64,000 nucleotides of DNA, taken from Eledone cirrhosa (lineage: Eukaryota). This document shows, piece after piece, positions 1 to 11,620 of the stretch (position 1 is the stretch's first letter; every line of letters begins with the position of its first letter). The notes under the pieces are model-generated. The model was not told the DNA's origin and did not search any database. It saw nothing but the letters and a program-made list of their open reading frames with translations. The translations under genes and the position numbers were made by a program. The DNA is taken from positions 279,434,001 to 279,498,000 of the forward strand of contig OZ024741.1 in assembly GCA_964016885.1 (NCBI GenBank), written 5' to 3'.

Positions 1-62
<62 letters not shown>
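1..62. repeat. (TA)n microsatellite
   Basis: Pure TA dinucleotide run at the window start. Confidence 0.95.
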
Positions 63-69
<7 letters not shown>

Positions 70-953
70 TAACATAGTACCTGATAAAAATTACACAATG
101 TATAGTAAAAGATATTTAATTTTATAAGGCCTTGATTATAACACACTCTTTGAAGACATTTGAATTGCTGAGTTTCCTTTGACCTTTATAATTTTCAATC
201 TGTCTCTTCCTTCACTTCTTTTTCTTCTTGTCATCCTGACAATCACAATATTTCATTTTATATTTATTTAAATGAATTATAGTAATATTAGCCATTATAT
301 ACACTGTGGTTAACTTACTGCTAGAACAACTATGAATTGTGATAACAATAACATCAACCTTGGAGTTAGAGGCATTCATAGATAAATAGATAGGTAGATA
401 GATAGATGTTGTTTTCCAGCTGCTGTGATTCCCTCAAACCATCTACAGGGTTGTTGTTGTTATTGTTGTCAATGCCTATCATAGATGTTTTTGTTGTTGT
501 TTTAAACAGAAATAGACATGCTCATTCCTATATATTCATAAATACACACACACACACACACACACACATCTCACTATATAAGTATATATTGTTTGCTCCT
601 GTGATCTGGGTATTGGTCTATACACATTAAAGCCTCCAAGATACCAACCAAAAGAATGTCACAGGATCATGAGAGCCTGGAAAGACTCAGACACAGACAC
701 ACACACTGTGGTCCCTCTCCCCCTCACATCACCTTCACCAATCACCCCATCTAAAAAGTTTAATAATAAATTAATTTCTTGTGCTTTTGTGTTCAAATTG
801 TTTGTACAGAAACCTGAAAATATTAACTTTCAGGAAATGTAAATTGTGTTTTGATATCCTCAATAGTTACTAAAATATAAAGTGTTGTAACGTGAGATAT
901 ACTTTTGGAACACCCTGTGTATATTTATTTTTGGAGAGAGTCATGTTCTTATA

Positions 954-1145
954 ATATTGCCAGAAATATATAATAAAACACACTCGCTGTTTGGTTTGGC
1001 TTGTTTTTTATTTCAGTATATTTTTTATATTTTTATAATTAATTCAGCTGGCAATCAATGTTTATCATTGATTGACCAACAGTTAAAAATATAGATATAA
1101 ATATAGTTTCTCTATGTGTGTTTTATTATATATTTCTGGCAATAT
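954..1145. mobile_element. Small MITE-like/foldback element with 30-bp terminal inverted repeats
   Basis: atattgccagaaatatataataaaacacac (954-983) is the reverse complement of 1116-1145; there is also an internal hairpin caatcaatg-tttat-cattgattg. Confidence 0.6.
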
Positions 1146-1532
1146 AACAGGTAAAATAATGATTAACACGGATAAGCGATATAATAGGGTTTTATTCCAA
1201 GCATTAACATATGTTTCATCACTTAATATGCAATTAATTATGTCTTGAAATTGCTATCATCAATAGTTGATTGGTTATTGTGAAATTTGATTTTAAATAC
1301 ACAAAATAATGCAGTCACTAGGCAAATTATCAAAAAAGTATTTTAATAATTTGCCTAGTGACTGCGTTATTTTGTGTATTTAAAATCAAATTTCACAATA
1401 ACCAATCAACTATTGACGATAGCAATTTCAAGACATAATTAATTGCATATTAAGTGATGAAACATATGTTAATGCTTGGAATAAAACCCTATTATATCGC
1501 TTATCCATGTTAATCATTCTTTTACCTGTTAT
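1144..1532. repeat. Long near-perfect inverted repeat (187-bp arms, 15-bp spacer)
   Basis: 1144-1330 is the reverse complement of 1346-1532 with about 4 mismatches by eye. Confidence 0.95.
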
Positions 1533-1850
1533 TAATACTCCAAGAACTACTAACCATGGAACTTTCAGGAATCGACCCTCCGAAAAACCTAACTAAGTAA
1601 GCATCTTATTGAGTCAACTAGCACCACACGTTGAAATATTCCTTGGTACAAATTACTTGTAACCCGACCCTAGATAATCTTAAACGATATCTCATTTACT
1701 TTGATATATATATATATATATATATCCATCCAAACTTTCTATTTCCCAAAGAAGGGCTTGTGTCCGATATTTACTTCTTCCCAACTGTAAAACTAATAAA
1801 ACTTGCGTTTTTGCATCTCTCTGTTTGTCTTGTTTATTCTTGAACTACAG

Positions 1851-1893
<43 letters not shown>

Positions 1894-1921
1894 ATTATAT
1901 ATTTATTTATTTCTTCATTAG

Positions 1922-2342
1922 CATAAAAAAGAAGAATGGTACGAAACCAAGTGACAGAAATGAAGCAAAGGCTAAAAGCGAGTTATCTGGACCTCTTGAG
2001 AGTGTTGATTCCACAGCTAGCCACTCTTGTGAGAGTAACTGTCCCAATGATGAGGAAGGTGCATCTGGAGGACAGATTGAAGATTGTCCAATTTGCCTGT
2101 GTCCAATTAGTGAAGCTAAAACTTTAGACCAATGTGGACATGTGTTCTGCCAGCCATGCATAGAACATAGTTTCTCTGCTATTGGTCAGTATTGTCCAAT
2201 ATGCCTAAAGGTCTATGGCGTGATTACAGGCAATCAGCCAGCTTCCTCTATGTCAGTTCACGAAACATTTACCCACTTGCCTGGCTTTGAGAAATCTCAT
2301 ACGTACCAAATAACATACCACATCCCCAGTGGAGTACAAGGT
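1922..2342 (+). CDS. DTX3: Deltex-family E3 ubiquitin ligase (DTX3/DTX3L-like), exon with RING finger and start of DTC domain; upstream exons not identified
   Basis: AG acceptor at 1920-1921 and GTAAGT donor at 2343. Encodes C3HC4 RING CPIC..CGHVFCQPC..CPIC, then VYGVITGNQP and LPGFE..ITYHIPSGVQG, typical of the Deltex C-terminal domain. The paralog assignment is uncertain. Confidence 0.9.
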
Positions 2343-2493
2343 GTAAGTAATTCTGTTTCATTTCTTCTTCACTCTTCCTCCCTTTCTCTCCAATAATGGC
2401 AGTAAAAAACTCTCAGGAGAGCTGGACAACAGAAGGTCGTCAGAGAAGAACCCCCCCTCCCCTCAAGCAAGTGTTTTGGTCCTTAACTTCTGC

Positions 2494-3016
2494 AGTGATG
2501 ACATAAGTATATATAGTATGTAGTGACGACATAAACATACATAGTATGTAGTGATGACATAAACATGTATAGTATGTAATGATGACATAAACATGTATAG
2601 TATGTAATGATGACATAAACATGTATAGTATGTAGTGATGACATAAACATGTATAGTATGTAGTGACGACATAAACATACATAGTATGTAGTGATAACAT
2701 AAACATGTATAGTATGTAATGATGACATAAACATGTATAGTATGTAGTGATGACATAAACATGTATAGTATGTAGTGATGACATAAACATGTATAGTATG
2801 TAGTGATGACATAAACATGTATAGTATGTAGTGATGACATAAACATGTATAGTATGTAGTGATGACATAAACATGTATAGTATGTAGTGATGACATAAAC
2901 ATGTATAGTATGTAATGATGACATAAACATGTATAGTATGTAGTAATGACATAAACATGTATAGTATGTAGTGATGACATAAACATATATAGTATGTAGT
3001 GATGGCATAAACATGT
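2494..3016. repeat. 28-bp minisatellite (~18 copies) in a Deltex intron
   Basis: Unit atagtatgtagtgatgacataaacatgt, tandem with few variants. Confidence 0.95.
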
Positions 3017-3198
3017 TTAGTACACAGTTTCTATTTGTTTTGTCAGTCTAAGATTGATGACAGATCACTAATCAGTTGTATGAGATAGTGCGATGCCTGT
3101 ATGAGAAATGTTATGTTGCACAGCAGTGAGACAGGTGATAAATGTAGAGGATATACAGGCTTGAGAGAAATGAAGTAAGCATGTTTCGTTGAATGTGT

Positions 3199-3390
3199 AA
3201 TTAATTGTTTCTACTTTTGGCACAAGGCCAGCAATTACTCAGTGTATTACTGGTACTTTATTTTATCGACCTCGTAAGGATGAAAGGCAAAGTTAACCTC
3301 GGCGGGATTTGAACTCAGAATGGCAAGGGCCATAACTCTATGCATCAAAGCATGGCGTCCGACCCTCTATCGATACTGCCAATCCACCGA
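3199..3390 (-). mobile_element. tRNA-derived SINE, family A (core gcctttcatccttacggggtcgataaaataaagtaccag; (ATT)n tail)
   Basis: On - there is a B-box-like gagttcaaatccc followed by the conserved core. At least 15 copies occur in the window. Confidence 0.85.
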
Positions 3391-3404
3391 ATATGTAATT
3401 AATG

Positions 3405-3735
3405 TTAGTGTGAGGCGTTTGAACAGGACATGGATGAACTGGGAGAAAAGCTGGGTATAAGAGGACTCAGATGTAGTATGTAAGAGAGAAGACTGCACTG
3501 GTATGAATATGTGATGTGTATGGATGATGATTGCTGAGTGAAGAAGTGCCAGTGGAAAGACTGTAGTAGAGGAAGACCAAGAAAGACCTGGGCAGGGGTG
3601 GTTTAGAGCTGATCTTAAAATGCTGAATCTCGCAGTGAAGATGGCAAAGGAATACTATGGGTAGAGGGAAGCTGTGCTGGAAAGAACCTGTCCAACCCAT
3701 GCAAGCATGGAAACACAGGCATAAAAATGATGATG
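3405..3735 (+). mobile_element. RTE-clade LINE 3' fragment with (GAT)n tail
   Basis: Degenerate ELREKLGIR..ERRL.WY.HV.RM..RGRPRKTW, similar to the 58749-59186 ORF; ends cccatgcaagcatggaaac..gatgatg. Confidence 0.75.
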
Positions 3736-4122
3736 GCTGAAACAACAATCTATTCATGCTTTTATAAAAAAGAACTTTGTATGTATGGACCCATACTTCT
3801 TGATGGAGTTGCAGGGGCACTGTAGTGATATTACAGCATGTCTTGGGTATTTTAAACCAGGGTATTTTAAGCCCATCTCATCTCCAGGTCTGAACACAGC
3901 TGATTTCTTCCAGAGAAGGAGATAGAGTGATAGAGGAAGTGAGAGACAGATAAAGAGGAAGATTTGAAGCCAGTACTAGATTGGTACTTTATGTATTGAC
4001 CTCAAAAGGTTGAAAGGCAAAGTTGATCTTGTCATCCTTTGAAATCAAAGTGCTGAGAGCTGGAACAAATACCACAAAGCATTCTATCCAACATTCTAAC
4101 AACTGTGCCAATTTACTGCCTC

Positions 4123-4387
4123 TTAACCCTTTAGCATTTAAACTGGCCATATCCTACCAGAATTCTCTCACCTCTTTCTGTTCAAACCAACTGTAACTGG
4201 CTGCACATACCTACATTAAGGTATTGTTCTCAAAATAATAGCATCAAAATCTCATAGATTCAACATTATCTAAGATATCATGTGAGATAAAGCTTTTACT
4301 GTGAAAATACAATAGTATATGTAGAATAATGTAAATGCTAAAGGGTTAAATAGTATATGTAGAATAATGTAAATGCTAAAGGGTTAA
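4123..4387. mobile_element. piggyBac-type MITE (TTAA-CCCTTTAGCATTTA..TAAATGCTAAAGGG-TTAA) with a 38-bp duplicated right end
   Basis: TTAA on both sides of CCC..GGG terminal inverted repeats; the right terminus occurs twice (ending 4349 and 4387). Confidence 0.85.
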
Positions 4388-4774
4388 ACAAAAACTAGGA
4401 AATATGATATTTAAATGTTTCAGACAAATAATACTATATCAGACCTGTCAACTCTCCTCGTCCGACGGAGATCTCTCACCCACTTTGGGGTGGGTGAGAG
4501 ATGTCTTCTCTTGTGAAAATGCGTATAGCTTTCATTATGTAAAATCTCCTGCTGGCCTTGTGTCTAAAGTAGAAACAATTATGTAAAATCTCCACATTTT
4601 GCCTCATTTCTCCAAGTTTTGGGGTACTTCTTTTCATGGTTTCCCATTTTGGTTTTTAGAGGTTGGCAGGTCTGCTATATCTTTTCTAACATATCTCTCG
4701 TACATTTAGAAAAGTAAATCTTTTTATGTACTAACATTGATATTAAGATTTTTTTTTTTTTTTTTTTTTTTAAG

Positions 4775-4992
4775 AAAAATCATCCAAATCCTGGAAAAAA
4801 TTATTACGGTACAGACCGAACAGCTTTTCTTCCTAAAACTGAACAAGGCACTTCAGTATTGAAAATGCTTCAGTTGGCCTTTCAAAGGAGATTGCTGTTC
4901 ACAGTGGGCAAGTCTCGAACTACAAACATGGAAAATATGGTCACATGGAATGATGTTCATCACAAAACCAACCGTACTGGAGGTCCTAGTGG
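4775..4992 (+). CDS. DTX3: Deltex-family E3 ligase, DTC-domain exon
   Basis: Follows polyT-AAG in phase 0: KNHPNPGKNYYGTDRTAFLP..GTSVLKMLQLAFQRRLLFTVGKSRTT..VTWNDVHHKTNRTGGPS(G). GT donor at 4993. Not in the ORF track. Confidence 0.93.
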
Positions 4993-5161
4993 GTAAATAT
5001 TAATTTATTATAGATTTCCAAAGGAAATTGAATTCAAGGGAACTAACTCTTTAAAACTAAACTACATATGTGTATGTATATATTATTAGATGGGTGGTGT
5101 ATCAGATTACCTTTATTTATTGGGAAGGGAGGGGAGATTCTACAATATTGATCATCAATAG

Positions 5162-5540
5162 TGAAGGTGCGTGGCTTAGGGACTAGAGAATTGGATTCAC
5201 AATCGTGAGGTTGTGAGTTCAATTCCTGGGTCGGGTGATGCGTTATATCCTTGAGCAAGACACATAGCTCTTTCTGCTAGAAGTTGCATCCGGGAGGTAG
5301 TATCAGCAATAGAAAGACCAATGGAAACATTGTTTCCTTGGTCCAATTTGACGAGTTCTACCCTACTTGGTAAGCGAGTGAGGTCTGCTAGCTTGTTCAT
5401 TCCTGGATATTGATCATCACAAAAAAGGATATCTTCATTTTTAAAGCGAGGCACAGACTATGTAAGAGGAATATGGTAAACCTGTATTATTGCCAAACTT
5501 AACATTTAACTCGGTGTCGGCGACAATAGAGTAATCTCCC
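5162..5540 (+). mobile_element. tRNA-derived SINE, family B
   Basis: A-box-like gtggcttag and B-box gagttcaattcc. The body (ccaatggaaacattgtttccttggtccaatttga..ggtaagcgagtgagg) is shared with 18830-19057(-) and 55573-55793(+). Confidence 0.75.
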
Positions 5541-5699
5541 CTTAATACATAATGCAGTGTCAAGGGAAGCAATTCGTAAAAGAATTCTGGCTAAATGAAT
5601 ATAAAGGAGACAGAGGTCCAAAAGAATCATTGAGTAGGCCATAGAATATGATGAAAGAACTTTGACAATGAAATAACTATCTAGTTACTAATATATCTA

Positions 5700-6330
5700 A
5701 GGTGGGTAAAATTCCCGAGATCCATGGACGAGTTATTTCCTGCGGTCTCTGCCCTTCATCATCGCTGCCATGTCCTGCATCTACCAGAGACCAGTCTGTC
5801 CTTAGGGCATCAGTATATGTCATCCTTGGTCTCCCTCTTCTAGTGTGTCAGCGTAGGGGCTTCCACAGGATCACTGAGTACAGTGTAAAACACTGAATAT
5901 CAGTGAGCATGTCCAGGTAACCTAAGTCTCCCCTTTGTTACTTTCGAGCTGACTTTTGAGAGGCTCCCGTACAGCTCTAACTTCTTCATCCTTAGTGTAT
6001 ACTGATTAATGTTCAGAGCCATCCTCAGCATTCTCGTGTAGCACCCATCCACCATTTGACTGAGTCTCTTGGTCAGTGTCCAAGTCTCAGACCCATACAG
6101 TAGCACAGACTCCATTGTAGCAACAATGAGATGGATCTTCAGGTCTTTACGAAGGTCCGACTTCCACACCGGCCTCAAACTTTGACACGCCACCCAGGCT
6201 TTGCTCTTCTTCTCCACCACATCATCCACTGTCTTCCCCATCTTTGCGCCCAGATACAGGAAGTCCTCAACCAACTCTAGCTGCTTCCTGCCTACATTCA
6301 TAATCTTCTCTGGTTTCTTAATGTTGAGTT
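5700..6330 (-). mobile_element. RTE-like LINE, degenerate C-terminal RT region
   Basis: LELVEDFLYLG, ESVLLYGSETWTLT and GCYTRMLRMALNI motifs. Confidence 0.85.
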
Positions 6331-6340
6331 ACCAAACTGA

Positions 6341-6532
6341 TAATGGTTTCTTATTTGGGGGAGGGTAAAGTTGATTAAATCGACCTAGTAATTGACTGGT
6401 ACTTTATTTTATCAACCCCGTAAAGATGAAAGGTAAAAGTAACCAGCCTCAGCGGGATTTGAACTCAGAATGTAAAGGGCTGTAACTCTATGTAGTGAAG
6501 CAGGGTGTCCAATGCTCTACCAATACTGACAA
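6341..6532 (-). mobile_element. SINE family A copy
   Basis: Same core as 3199-3390. Confidence 0.8.
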
Positions 6533-6902
6533 ACTAATAATAAAACTGAAGTGAAACAAGTGTGAGTGTGTTTTTATTGGCAGCATGACCCTCCTAAAGT
6601 ATAACAATACCTGTTTCAAATCAAGATTTCACATTAAGTATCTTTTAAAATAAATACAAAAACAAAAACAAAATATTTTAAGTTGTTTTTCATAAAAATA
6701 ATCAATTTGGTTTGCCATGCATGTTACATTAAATTAATATTTTTGTTGTAAGATGGTAAAAGGAGAAGCCATTATTAAGGTTTTTTATGCCTGTTATATT
6801 GTGAGTACATTTTAGATGTACTTATTGAAAAATTGATATTGTCAGAAGTACCAGAATGTACTGGAGATATGTGGACCCTACATGGCTAAATGGTTAAAGA
6901 GT

Positions 6903-7230
6903 TCATCATCATCACTGTTTAACATCCATTTTCCATGTTAGCATGGGTTAAACGGGTTGTTCCATTATGAGAAAAGTCAGATCAGATGACTGTCTTACTC
7001 AGACAGAACTGTTTCTGGCTTGGTTTCTACAGCTGGATGCCCTTCCTAATGCCAACTACATTTAGTGTGAACTGGGTGCTTTCTGCTGTGTCACCAACAC
7101 AACCCCTTTACAGTGTGAACTGGGTACTTTTTATCATAGCACTAACATGACCACTTTACAGTGTGAACTGAGTGCTTTTTATCATTTCACCAAACAACCA
7201 ACTGACAGGTTGGTCTGGGTACTTTTTCAT
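6903..7230 (-). mobile_element. SINE with RTE-type 3' tail (family C; resembles octopus OK-type SINE)
   Basis: tttctacagctggatgcccttcctaatgccaac motif, internal repeated cagtgtgaactgggtgcttt subunits and a (CAT)n end on +. The family name is from recollection. Confidence 0.7.
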
Positions 7231-7691
7231 GTCACTTTGCAATTATTGGGTTCCAGGTTTGATGCCACTATGTGACATCTTGAATAAATGTCATTTAATT
7301 TAGCCTTGTCAATGAAATTGGGTAGAGAGAAATTATTTGGAAGCTCATCAGAATGACTACCTGTATTTGGAGTGGGCTAGGCTTGTCACACTGAAGTGCC
7401 CTGAGAAATACATTAAGTGCACGTGGTTGTGGAATGCTCAGTCACTTACATGTTAATTTCATGAGCAGGCTGTACTGTTGATCAAATAAATGGAAGATTA
7501 ATCATCAAAACTGATTGACTAAAGATATTTGAATCAACTGTGTATCCTTCCCCTCAACTAATCTTTGGCACTCTATCATTAGATTTTATATAATGACACT
7601 CAAAATAAGGAAATGGGTTTTGCTTTTGTATTTTTTTAAACAAATATATTTGGTGTAATAATGAGAAAAAACAAATGTCTTGTTTTCCTAG

Positions 7692-7809
7692 ATTTGGCTA
7701 TCCAGATGTTGATTATTTGAACCGAGTGACTGGTGAGTTAGCAGCTAAAGGTATCACTCCAAAAGATGTAGCAAACAAGAAAATGAAACAGAAAATGAAT
7801 ATAGCTTGA
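7692..7809 (+). CDS. DTX3: Deltex-family E3 ligase, last coding exon
   Basis: cctag acceptor, phase matches the previous exon: (G)FGYPDVDYLNRVTGELAAKGITP..NIA-TGA. GYPD.DYL..V..EL.AKGI is the conserved Deltex C-terminus. Confidence 0.93.
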
Positions 7810-7894
7810 GTCTCTTCATTAAATTTATTACTGAACTCTATTATGGACAAGAATATTACATTGAAACAGTTGAATTTTGTGATTTTATTTTGAA

Positions 7895-7900
7895 AATAAA
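7895..7900 (+). promoter_or_regulatory. Candidate polyadenylation signal of the Deltex gene
   Basis: AATAAA about 85 nt after the stop codon, followed by T-rich sequence. Confidence 0.45.
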
Positions 7901-7979
7901 ATTTATCCAACACTTTTATGATTGCTTGCTTTCCAACATTTTAAATTAAGCTGGGGGGGGGGGCACTATTTTTTAGATT

Positions 7980-8990
7980 ATTAATAATAATAATAATGAA
8001 AATTGTGTACAGTGCTCAGGTGCACTACAACTCATCAAAGGTGCATATAATGTACAAATGTCAAAAAAGTGAACAGTGTGTGAGTCATGATATACACACA
8101 GATAGATGCATGTGTGTGTATGGAGGGGGAATACCAGATGTAGTGTTGGCGAATTTCAGGAAGCATTGAGGTTTTGAATGATACAGTGTCCTTGCAGGTA
8201 GTTTGTTCCATGCTTCAGTAACTCTGAGCATGAAAAAATGTTTCCAAAAGTTATGGGAGCTGTGCATGAAATTCAAAAAGATGCTCAGGGTTGTTGTTGG
8301 CAAGATGATTAATAATTTTGTGGGTGTTTACCAAGTCAGTTGCCAGATGTTCAGAGTAAGGTAGATAGATACCTTATGGAGGATATTCGCTTGCTTGCAC
8401 ATCTGAACAGTTTTCTGAGCAAGATAGGGGTTCCAGACTGGTGATGCATATTCTAAGTATGGCCGCACCATAGCTATATACATCTTTAAATAGATGGCTG
8501 GAGAGCGGCTGACAAAGATATTGCTGAGTGATGCCAAGACACCCTCAGCATTCTTGACAATTTTGAGATGTGCTTTGTCCAATGCAAATCGCTGATGACA
8601 GTAATGCCCAGGTCACATTCACAAGAAGACTTCTTGAGATTAGTGTTGTGGAGAGAATATATGGATGCTAGGTTTTTCCTCCCAAAATGCATGATGGTAC
8701 ACTTGTCCACAGACAGCTTTAGTTGTCAGTCCGTGATCCATTGTTGTATTGTGTCCAGGTCTGATTGCAAGAAAGATCTATAGTGTTCAGGATGTCCTTT
8801 TTATCTCAAGGTACAGCTTGATATCAGTGTATTTCGGCACTGTGGAGTTCTTTAAGTTGGCATCTATGTCATTAATATATGCAACAAACAACCGATCCTG
8901 TGGTACACCAGATGACATCTCATACAGTGAGGAATGCTGTCCTAAACCATGACTACCTCTTTTCGGCTGAAGCTGAAGCATTATTGCCAA
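7980..8990 (-). mobile_element. CR1-clade LINE 3' fragment (degenerate RT to 3' end, (ATT)n tail)
   Basis: SSGVPQ, DKCTIMHFG, MVRPYLEYASPVWNPY and HFFMLRVTEAWNKLP motifs are split over frames. Confidence 0.85.
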
Positions 8991-9125
8991 CATGTAAAAA
9001 TGGTGATGATCCAGCTTTGATTGGGATTTCTGAATTCAGCAGCAGTTTTAGAGAAAGTTCCATATAAAATTTTATAAATAAATGAAAAGAAAACAAATAC
9101 ATTGGAAGGTTAGTATTATTTTCTC

Positions 9126-9131
9126 TTTATT
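9126..9131 (-). promoter_or_regulatory. Candidate distal polyadenylation signal of LST2
   Basis: AATAAA on -, followed about 25 nt later by GU/U-rich gtatttgttttcttttcattt. It lies at the end of a long region that is T-rich on -. Confidence 0.4.
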
Positions 9132-10349
9132 GGGCATTTAGTTTACATGGAATTCATTTGCATAGCTCATGGGGAAATTGGTACAGATAGCTTGGAAGCT
9201 TAAACCTGATTAATTATAATTTTGGATACATTCTCTTATTTTTTTTGCTTTGAAAAGAAAACAACAGCAAAGAAAGAGATTTAGCTTCCAAAAAGATCTT
9301 CACAAAAGGCATTTTTGTTTAGTTATTTTCATCATTTTCATCACTCCTTTATCTATACATGATGTGACTCAAAATTGTCACAAGTAGGAGCTCAGGTTTC
9401 TGGCTATAAACCAAGAAAAAAAAAAAAAAAGAATTTACCAAACAGAATGGCTGTCACAGTTCAACCAACAAACAATGTCTGATGTAGTTCAACCAACAGA
9501 CAATGTCTGATGTAATTCAAATTAGATTGAAAAAAAAATAGAAATTGCATTAAACAATTTTCTCGAGGAAATATTTTAGACTGCAAATATAAAAATAGGT
9601 TCATTTTTAAGAGGAAAAAACATACATATATACTACTAACCTTAAATAAGAAAAACAACTTTGAATATCTCTCTTACATAAATAAGCTTAATCCAATGTT
9701 TAAAAAAGAAAACGTTCTTATGTATTCATATTAAACATAAGCAATGAGGAATGGATTGTTTGATGGACAAAGCTGATTTTGGTGGGTTTGATTCAAATGC
9801 TTTTGTCAAGCTTTACTTTCGTCTGCTGGTAGAATATACTATAAAAAGCAGTGGTGGTGGAGATGGGTGGGTGGTCACCAGTTTCAAATTCTGATGGGTC
9901 ATTTATATAAACAGGAGTAGGAAGTTACCAAGTCCAAAAAGTAGCAATTGAAATCTAAGTTAAGTGATTATTTTAGTGCTTGGATTAATTGTTTCAGAAG
10001 CAATATTGATTCTGTTAGAAAAAAAAGCACAGCCTCACATCTTTGAAATGGTGGAGATGTAAGTTAGTTCAATGTAATATAATATCAATAGGAGATATGT
10101 TTTGGGGGAAAAGAGTTTTGATATAGATATAAGAGCTGAGCAGTAATTTAGAAAAGGAGAAAAAAAAAACAAATACAAAATGGTGAATTAGTTACATATT
10201 TAAGTAAAATGAATTTGGAGTAATCACCAAGATAGAATTTTTATGATTTCTTGCAAAAGTAAGAGAAACATAAAATTATATATAAATACATAAGTTACTA
10301 ATGGCAGGAATTTTTGAAAAAAAAATTTCTCATGCTCTCTCTGACAATA

Positions 10350-10750
10350 ATAATAATAATGGTTTCTGATTTAGGCACAAGGCCAAGAATTTAGGGGGAG
10401 GGGAAAGTTTACTAAATCAATCCGTGCTAAACTGAAGGATGAAAGGCAAAGCTAACCTTGGCGGGTTTTGAACCAAGCTTAACTTTGCCTTTCATTCTTA
10501 TAGGGTCAATATAAGGCAAAGCTAACCTTGGTTCATGATAGTGGTTTCTTATATAGGCACAAGGCCAGGAATTTGAGGGGAGGGGAAAGTCTACTAAATT
10601 GACCCAGTGCCTAAGCAGGTGCTTTATTTTATTGACCCTATAAAAATGAAAGGCAAAGCTAACCATGGCAGGATTTGAACTGAGGTTAGCTTTGCATTTC
10701 ATCCTTATGGGGTCGATAAAAGGCAAAGCTAAACTCAGCTCATAATAATA
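10350..10750. mobile_element. Two tandem rearranged SINE-A fragments, each with an internal fold-back
   Basis: gatgaaaggcaaagctaacc is followed by its reverse complement actttgcctttcat, then by another forward piece. The pattern occurs twice. Confidence 0.75.
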
Positions 10751-11203
10751 ATGAGGATTATTTCTAACATTGTCCTTCCCTAAACTTGGAGTGTGTACCA
10801 ATATTTGATTGCTATATATTCCTCCCCAACCAAGATTTGAACTGAAAATGTAAAAAGGACCACAAGGTTTGTCACTTCAAAACCTGCCAAATCAACCATC
10901 CCTTGTATATTCTCTCTTCCAAGCTTGCATGGGTTGAATGGCTCTTCACCACCACATCATCTCACCCATTTTTGTGGTCCTTTGTCATCCTTTTCATGAG
11001 ATTCAGCAAAAACCACATCACCACACATTGTGCATGGTGGGTGTATTTATTTGGGGGAGGGATAAGAGGGACAATACCATGACCTTTGAAGGTTCTCTCA
11101 GGCTGAATTCAAAACATTCAAAGACAACTAAATACTGTAAAGCCAATCCATTCATGTGTGTGTGTGGAGCCTTGGCTGTTTTTACCAATCCACTGTCCTA
11201 ATA

Positions 11204-11420
11204 TTGGTTTATCATTTAAGCACAAGGCCAGCAATTTTTTTTTATGAGTGGGGGAATCAATTATATCGACCCCAGTACTTGAGAGGTACTTTATTTTATA
11301 ATCCCAGAAAGATGAAAGGCAAAGTTGAGCTGAGAATGTAAAGAACCAGAACAAATGCTGCTAAGCACTTGTCTTGTTCAAAGCTCAGTCGACTCAACCA
11401 ATCCACCAGATACCACTGCC
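11204..11420 (-). mobile_element. SINE family A copy (diverged)
   Basis: cacaaggccagcaat..ggtactttatttt..gatgaaaggcaaagtt on +. Confidence 0.7.
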
Positions 11421-11433
11421 TTAATAATATCTC

Positions 11434-11620
11434 TTAACCCTTTAGCATTTACATTACTCTATATATACTATTGTATTTTCACGGTAAAGGCTTTATCTTA
11501 CATAATTTTGATATTTATTTTGAGAACAATACCTTAACATAAATATGAGTGGCCAGTTTGAACAGAAAGAGGCGAGAGAATTCTGGCTGGATACAGCTGG
11601 TTTAAATTCTAAAGGGTTAA
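11434..11620. mobile_element. piggyBac-type MITE copy
   Basis: TTAACCCTTTAGCATTTA..AAAGGGTTAA; body in the opposite orientation to the 4123 copy. Confidence 0.85.

Noticed and set aside
901-922. Tc1/mariner-like terminus (cttttggaacaccctg)
   Set aside because: No partner TIR or transposase was found in the window.
1410-1470. Hammerhead ribozyme in the palindrome arm (ttgacga..gaaac)
   Set aside because: The core deviates from CUGANGA and GAAA does not follow stem II; it cannot be supported by eye.
1803-1921. N-terminus of the 197-aa ORF
   Set aside because: It translates an intronic microsatellite upstream of the AG acceptor.
2440-3014. Three overlapping 167-183 aa ORFs
   Set aside because: They are artefacts of the 28-bp repeat.
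5162-5235. tRNA genes at SINE heads
   Set aside because: A/B boxes are present, but there is no full cloverleaf and each continues into a SINE body.
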